Source of the DNA: Coprothermobacterota bacterium | Lineage (GTDB): Bacteria; Coprothermobacterota; Coprothermobacteria; Coprothermobacterales; Coprothermobacteraceae | Assembly (NCBI GenBank): GCA_036679065.1 | Contig: JAZIGN010000003.1 | Location: 416,001-480,000 of the forward strand | DNA length: 64,000 bases | Reading direction: 5' to 3' | Shown here: positions 58,985 to 64,000 of the stretch, piece after piece | Position numbering within the stretch: position 1 is the first letter of the stretch | Layout of the letters: each line of letters begins with the position of its first letter | Program-made: the position numbers and the translations under genes | The notes under the pieces: model-generated | What the model was told of the DNA's origin: nothing | Databases searched by the model: none | The model's input: the letters and a program-made list of their open reading frames with translations, nothing else

Positions 58985-60277
58985 TTGGAGCTAAAAAAGT
59001 ACATTGATTACATAGCAAAAGACAAAGGTGATGGTGACATCTTTTACACGCATTCCACAAGCAAAACTATAAGAATGGGTTGCTTAGATGGAAAAGTGTT
59101 TTTGGAGGAGGTTTCGTCAAAGGAAACTTCAGGATACGGCGTGAGAATTTTTAAAGAGGGGCGAACAGGTTTCAGCTTTGGTAACAAGACCGATGAAGAG
59201 AGCGTTCTGCAAACTATTGACTATGCTGAACAAGCTTCACAACTTGGGGAGCCTTTAGCTGTGGAATTACCCCGTAACGAAGGGAAACAAGAGGAATCTG
59301 CGAAGCCGGAAAGGGATCTCAATGAAATCTTGGAAACGATTAGCGAAATCTTTCTTTCTAAAGGCGTTAAGAAATTCGAGGCCACTGCTGGAATAGAAAC
59401 TTCTTTTTGGCAATTGGTTAACACTGCGGGGACAGATGTGACCTCCAGTGAGAGTGGTTATTCGGTTGTGGTCATGCCGGTGGTGTCAGGTGAAGGTGAA
59501 AACGCCAACTATTGGTTTTCTGTAACAAATGATCCCCAGACCCTTGACTTGAATGAAATAGTTCTGCGTTCGTTGAACCGCGCTTACAGTTCTCTGGATG
59601 GGAAAAGTATGAGTTTCAAGGGCTTACCAGTAGTTTTTGACTCCTTGGAGTGGGCTGAGCTGTTAGGATTTTTGTTGGATTCCTTCGGTGGCAAGAACGT
59701 GGAGAGGCAGAAGAGTTGCTTTTCTGGAAAGGTGGGGCAACGAGTCCTATCGGAGCATCTCAGCCTGAAGCTGGAAAACAGTCATCCAAAGGTGCTTGGT
59801 AAGTATTTCTTCGACCATGAAGGTGTAAGCGTAAAACCTGCTTTCTTACTCAAAGATGGTACATTTGTTGAGCCTTACTACGGCCTAGCTGCCGCCGCTG
59901 AATTCGGCAAAGAGCCTACGGGTGTTGGACATCGATTTTCCTTCCGAACACAACCAAACGACGTTCCATTCATTTGTCACGTGCAAGTGCAGGGGTTACC
60001 ATCTCTTGATTCACTGGATAAGTATTTGCTCGTTACTTCCTTGAAGGGCATACATTCTGGATTAAACGCTGTAAGTGGTGCTTTTTCCATAGGAGCTGAT
60101 GGCACCTTGGTAAGCGGAGCAGAACGTGTTCCTTTGAGCGGTATTACTCTAAGTGGCAACATTTGGGATGTCCTTAACAATATCATAGCGGCTACTCCCG
60201 AGGAAGAGGCGGTACCTTCTAGCACGTGGCTAGTAAGTCCATTGGTAGCACTGGATGGCATAACAGTTACTGGTTAG
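58985..60277 (+). CDS. pmbA: PmbA/TldE subunit
   Basis: FDHEG, SGAFS, lacks HExxxH; directly follows tldD; TTG start inferred. Confidence 0.85.
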   Translation: MELKKYIDYIAKDKGDGDIFYTHSTSKTIRMGCLDGKVFLEEVSSKETSGYGVRIFKEGRTGFSFGNKTDEESVLQTIDYAEQASQLGEPLAVELPRNEGKQEESAKPERDLNEILETISEIFLSKGVKKFEATAGIETSFWQLVNTAGTDVTSSESGYSVVVMPVVSGEGENANYWFSVTNDPQTLDLNEIVLRSLNRAYSSLDGKSMSFKGLPVVFDSLEWAELLGFLLDSFGGKNVERQKSCFSGKVGQRVLSEHLSLKLENSHPKVLGKYFFDHEGVSVKPAFLLKDGTFVEPYYGLAAAAEFGKEPTGVGHRFSFRTQPNDVPFICHVQVQGLPSLDSLDKYLLVTSLKGIHSGLNAVSGAFSIGADGTLVSGAERVPLSGITLSGNIWDVLNNIIAATPEEEAVPSSTWLVSPLVALDGITVTG

Positions 60278-62111
60278 AAGATCGGTCCTTGCCACTTGAC
60301 CCTTTTCTGAGAGCAGATAGGATTACTGCAAGATCACTCATATGAACGCCTGCTAGCCGGGAGGCCTGACCCAAGGTGGATGGCTTTGTCTTTTTGAGGA
60401 CATCCAAAGCCTCTCGGCTAATAGGCAAACCGTCGTATTGAAAATCTTGCGGTATGTTCAGGTTTTCGAGCTTCTTGATAGAGTTTAGTAAGCTCATCTC
60501 TTTTTGCAAATACCCCTCGTATTTGACTTCTATTTCCACGGTGAGTTTTTCTTCATCGCTCAATACAGCAATTTCCGGTATAAACTGCTCCATATCACCT
60601 AAATGAACCTCAGGTCTTCTAAGTACGGTTTCGGCTTTCACAGGTTGTTTTAAAAATGGGAAATATGTAGGTGAGACGCTAGTTTCTTTCAGTTTGTTGA
60701 ATACTTCATCCATTTTTGTCTTTCGTTCTTGGACCTTTGAGTATTCGGCTTGAGTGAGAATGCCTCTAGAATGAGCCTTTTCTGCCAGGCGCCATATGGC
60801 GTTATCTTGCCTGTGAATCATACGAAATTCTGATCTGCTTGTTAGCATCCGATACGGCTCAGCTAGTTCTTTGGTGGTGAGTTCATCAATAAGGGTGCCA
60901 ATAAAACCTTCATGACGCAGTATGGTGAATGGTGGCTCTCCTAAGGCCTTCAATGCAGCATTTATACCAGCGATAATGCCTTGGGCAGCTGCTTCCTCGT
61001 AACCTGTGGTGCCATTTATCTGGCCAGCTAAGAATAAGTTCTTCACATGTTTTGCCTCCAACGTGATGTTTAGTTGCATTGGCCAAACCATGTCATAATC
61101 AACTGTATAACCTGGTCTTATGATTTCTACCTCTTCCAAACCTTCAATTGTCCTTAATACTTTCTGCTGAATATCTACAGGCAGTGAAATAGCTAGGCCA
61201 TTTGGGTATATCTCTGATGTACCCAAACCCACAGGTTCAAGGAAAATGAGATGTTCTGTTTTCTCGGGAAACCAAACAGCTTTTTCTTCTATGGAAGGAC
61301 AGTAGCGTGGTCCCACACGCACCATGGTGCTAGCACGAGAGGCTGTAAGGTTTATGTTCTCTCTTACTAAAGCCATGGTTCTGGCGTTAGTTCTTACCAT
61401 GTACACGGGTTTGTAACCAGGGGGATTTGGTTCTTCCCAGAATGAGAATGATAGACCTGGATCGTTCTCCTGTATGGTAGCTTTTGAGTAATCTATGGTT
61501 TTCTCATCAATTCTTGGAGTGGTTCCAGTGTTAAATCTGCCCATGGAGAAACCAAGCTTTTTAAGATCCTCCGAAATGCCTGTGGCAGGAAATTCTCCCC
61601 ATCTACCTGCTGGTTTGCTCCAGCTTGAAATGTAGATTCTGCCTTCTAAGAAGGTTCCTGTGGTAAGAATAACTGTTTTTCCTTCTATGTGGCGTCCATC
61701 TTCCGTTTTTACACCGTAAACAGTATTCTGGTCATAAAGTAGGCCATTCACATGGGCTTGCATGAGCTCCAAGTTCTTTGTTTGACTCAATCTATTGAGC
61801 ATTTCACTGGGGTAAAGATATTTGTCCACTTGTGCTCTGTTAGCCCAAACAGCGGGTCCTTTGCTCTTGTTTAGTACACGCGCTTGAATGTAAGAACGGT
61901 TTGTTACTCTACCCATGAGCCCGCCTAAGGCGTCTATTTCTCTGACCAGCTGAGATTTACCTGGACCTCCAATAGCTGGGTTGCAGGGTAAAAGTGCCAC
62001 TGTATCAATGAAACTCGTTATTAAGAGAGTTTTTGCGCCTAGTTTTGCAGCTATGTGAGCAGCTTCACAGCCTGCATGGCCTGCTCCCACTACAATCACG
62101 TCATAAGACAT
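60267..62111 (-). CDS. mnmG: tRNA U34 modification enzyme MnmG (GidA)
   Basis: GAGHAGCEAA, CNPAIGG, GPRYCPSIE, AGQINGTTGYEEAAAQG. Confidence 0.97.
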   Translation of the reverse strand: MSYDVIVVGAGHAGCEAAHIAAKLGAKTLLITSFIDTVALLPCNPAIGGPGKSQLVREIDALGGLMGRVTNRSYIQARVLNKSKGPAVWANRAQVDKYLYPSEMLNRLSQTKNLELMQAHVNGLLYDQNTVYGVKTEDGRHIEGKTVILTTGTFLEGRIYISSWSKPAGRWGEFPATGISEDLKKLGFSMGRFNTGTTPRIDEKTIDYSKATIQENDPGLSFSFWEEPNPPGYKPVYMVRTNARTMALVRENINLTASRASTMVRVGPRYCPSIEEKAVWFPEKTEHLIFLEPVGLGTSEIYPNGLAISLPVDIQQKVLRTIEGLEEVEIIRPGYTVDYDMVWPMQLNITLEAKHVKNLFLAGQINGTTGYEEAAAQGIIAGINAALKALGEPPFTILRHEGFIGTLIDELTTKELAEPYRMLTSRSEFRMIHRQDNAIWRLAEKAHSRGILTQAEYSKVQERKTKMDEVFNKLKETSVSPTYFPFLKQPVKAETVLRRPEVHLGDMEQFIPEIAVLSDEEKLTVEIEVKYEGYLQKEMSLLNSIKKLENLNIPQDFQYDGLPISREALDVLKKTKPSTLGQASRLAGVHMSDLAVILSALRKGSSGKDRSSNQ

Positions 62112-62135
62112 CGTACTCTTTACTCCCTCCGACTT

Positions 62136-63179
62136 TCACTCTTTAGTAGTGCGTGCATTCAATATGATACCTGCCCATTGGACTTTATCACCCTCGTAAG
62201 CCACAGCAATCTGGCCAGGGGTTATAGCCCTTACTGGTTGACTGAATCTTACGCTTAGGATGGGTTCATTACTCTGCTCTACGAAAGCTGGTACAGAATG
62301 TGCTCTGTATCGGATTTTTATTTCAACTTGCCGGGTAAGTGCAGAGAATTGATTCATCATTACCACGGTCATATGTTCGGAGAAAAGCTCTTCGGACGTT
62401 CCTACGTGAACGGTGTTACTGATAGGATCTATCTTTTTAACATAGAGTGGCTCTCTGTGAGCAACGCCTAAGCCACGTCGTTGCCCCACAGTGTAATAAG
62501 GGTAACCCCTGTGTTCTCCTATGATGTGACCACGAAAGATTATGGGTCCCGGCTTTGTTACTTCACTGATATTCTGCGTTATGAATTGTTCCATGCCTCC
62601 GTGAGGCATGAAGCATATGTCTTGGCTGCTTCTTGGGACGTGCTTTATCCCATGTGAGTGAGCGTAGCTTATCACTTCTTCGCGCGTCAGTTCGCCTAAT
62701 GGGAACAAGACCTTTGCCAAAACCTGCTTTTCTACAAGTGCAAGCATATAGGATTGATCTTTCCACGAGTCTATTGCCTTGTAAAGGTTTCCCTCTCTTT
62801 GACGAGCATAATGACCAGTCGCTACAGCATCAAAGCCTTTTTGCATGGCTAGTTCTACAAAAGCACCGATTTTTACACAGCGATTGCAGAACACACAGGG
62901 GTTTGGGGTAAGACCTTTTTTCACCATGGCTTTAAATATGTTAATTACGTGTTTCTGGAAGGTTTCCGTTAGATCCCAGACCTCAAAAGGAACGCCTTGG
63001 TTCATAGCGACACGTTTGGCTAGTAACTGGCTGTCCACAGAGCAGCAGGTTTTTTCCTGGTATTCTCCCTCTGGTAACATATTTAAGAAAACAGCTGTCA
63101 CATGGTGGCCTTCTTCCTTGAGGCGTAGTAAGCTTACGGTGGAATCGATGCCACCTGATAGTCCTACTGCAATTTTCAT
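62136..63179 (-). CDS. mnmA: tRNA 2-thiouridylase MnmA
   Basis: SGGIDS, TPNPCVFCN, ATGHY, KDQSY, SQDICF, TVGQRRG; start moved to 63179. Confidence 0.96.
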   Translation of the reverse strand: MKIAVGLSGGIDSTVSLLRLKEEGHHVTAVFLNMLPEGEYQEKTCCSVDSQLLAKRVAMNQGVPFEVWDLTETFQKHVINIFKAMVKKGLTPNPCVFCNRCVKIGAFVELAMQKGFDAVATGHYARQREGNLYKAIDSWKDQSYMLALVEKQVLAKVLFPLGELTREEVISYAHSHGIKHVPRSSQDICFMPHGGMEQFITQNISEVTKPGPIIFRGHIIGEHRGYPYYTVGQRRGLGVAHREPLYVKKIDPISNTVHVGTSEELFSEHMTVVMMNQFSALTRQVEIKIRYRAHSVPAFVEQSNEPILSVRFSQPVRAITPGQIAVAYEGDKVQWAGIILNARTTKE

Positions 63180-63252
63180 GGTAAAACATATTATACTATG
63201 TTGTACTGGACCCCCTATGAGGGGGTATATTATAACCATGGAGGTGTACGTA

Positions 63253-63588
63253 GTGGAGTTTAAACCATTATATAAACAGGATGCTAAAAGTGAAGAAGAA
63301 AAGAAGGTTCTTGAGGCACTAGAAGGAGTCATAGATCCTGAAATTGGCTTTGATGTGGTTAATCTTGGCCTGATCTATGGCTTGGAAGTAACCGACCAAA
63401 GTGTCAATGTGAAAATGACTATGACTTTTGCAGGATGCCCCTTAATGGATTACATGGTTTCGCAGGTTAGAGAAGTACTAAAGTCTTTAGCTATAAGGCC
63501 TGAGGTTAATGTGGATTTGGTTTTTGAACCTGCATGGACACCAGAATTCATTAATCCAGCTATTATGAATCCAGAGGCTGCTAAATAG
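63253..63588 (+). CDS. DUF59 / SufT-like metal-sulfur cluster assembly factor
   Basis: DPE..DVVNLGLIY, TMTFAGCP, VFEPAW; GTG after GGAGG. Confidence 0.9.
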   Translation: MEFKPLYKQDAKSEEEKKVLEALEGVIDPEIGFDVVNLGLIYGLEVTDQSVNVKMTMTFAGCPLMDYMVSQVREVLKSLAIRPEVNVDLVFEPAWTPEFINPAIMNPEAAK

Positions 63589-63600
63589 CAGCCTCTTTTC
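63573..63600. terminator. Hairpin between the convergent DUF59 gene and rlmH
   Basis: AGAGGCTGCT-AAAT-AGCAGCCTCT followed by TTT. Confidence 0.7.
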
Positions 63601-63602
63601 AT

Positions 63603-64000
63603 TTATTTATGATATTTCTCTCCTTTGATAATCGTTAGTGCGCGGTATAACTGTTCAAGAAAAAACAACCTTGCCAGTTCGTGTGGAAAGGTCATAAGAG
63701 ACAGCGAAATTCGCATTTGTGCATTATTCTTGAACGCTTCAGAAAAACCTTCTGGGCCACCGATATAGAAATAGACATCATTTGATTGAGTGGTGAGCAG
63801 ATCTTCAATGAAAGAAGCAAACTCTTCCGATGTCATTAACTTACCTTGGGCGTCTAATACTATATGAAACCCCTCTTTAGTAGTCATGTTGAACGGGTTT
63901 TCTTGTTTTGTTTCTACCATAGTTATTGGTATGTAGTGTTTAATGCGCTCGTAGTAGTCTTTTACACCTTCGGCTACATACCCGTTTTTCAGCTTTCCTA
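63603..64000 (-). CDS. rlmH: 23S rRNA pseudouridine methyltransferase RlmH, 5' end outside window
   Basis: Frame open to the edge (GKLKNG..); IGGPEG, SLS.MTFPH, EQLYRA, YHK. Confidence 0.95.
   Translation of the reverse strand, partial: GKLKNGYVAEGVKDYYERIKHYIPITMVETKQENPFNMTTKEGFHIVLDAQGKLMTSEEFASFIEDLLTTQSNDVYFYIGGPEGFSEAFKNNAQMRISLSLMTFPHELARLFFLEQLYRALTIIKGEKYHK

Noticed and set aside
62845..63252. Long N-terminal extensions of the DUF59 and mnmA ORFs in the track
   Set aside because: Artefacts of open antisense frames; homology and SD/-10 signals place the starts at 63253 and 63179.

Overview
Gene-dense chromosomal housekeeping region of a bacterium, by its gene content probably an anaerobic fermenter. 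Several proteins resemble thermophile families, and the style is reminiscent of Coprothermobacter, but that assignment is an unverified impression. It holds about 60 CDSs and one tRNA-Ser(CGA). Main blocks: a partial glycogen phosphorylase; a pyrR-B-C-K-D-F-E operon with two PyrR RNA elements; glgA-galT and three GH57 enzymes plus PGI/PMI; speD-speE; a two-gene hypothetical islet; ychF/murJ; ispE/glnA/rsmA; tldD-pmbA; mnmG-mnmA; a DUF59 gene and partial rlmH. I saw no transposase, integrase, prophage or CRISPR array. The most notable signals are non-coding. (1) An orphan ~105-nt structured RNA with its own promoter, terminator and anti-Shine-Dalgarno seed. (2) Two PyrR elements that look like translational (SD-sequestering) switches rather than terminator attenuators. 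(3) Repeated leaderless architecture (-10 box 6-7 nt before ATG), apparently extending to the tRNA. Protein-level oddities include a NagA homologue with the catalytic Asp replaced by Asn and a GalT-fold gene coupled to glycogen synthase. All calls come from reading motifs by eye; no searches or folding programs were run.
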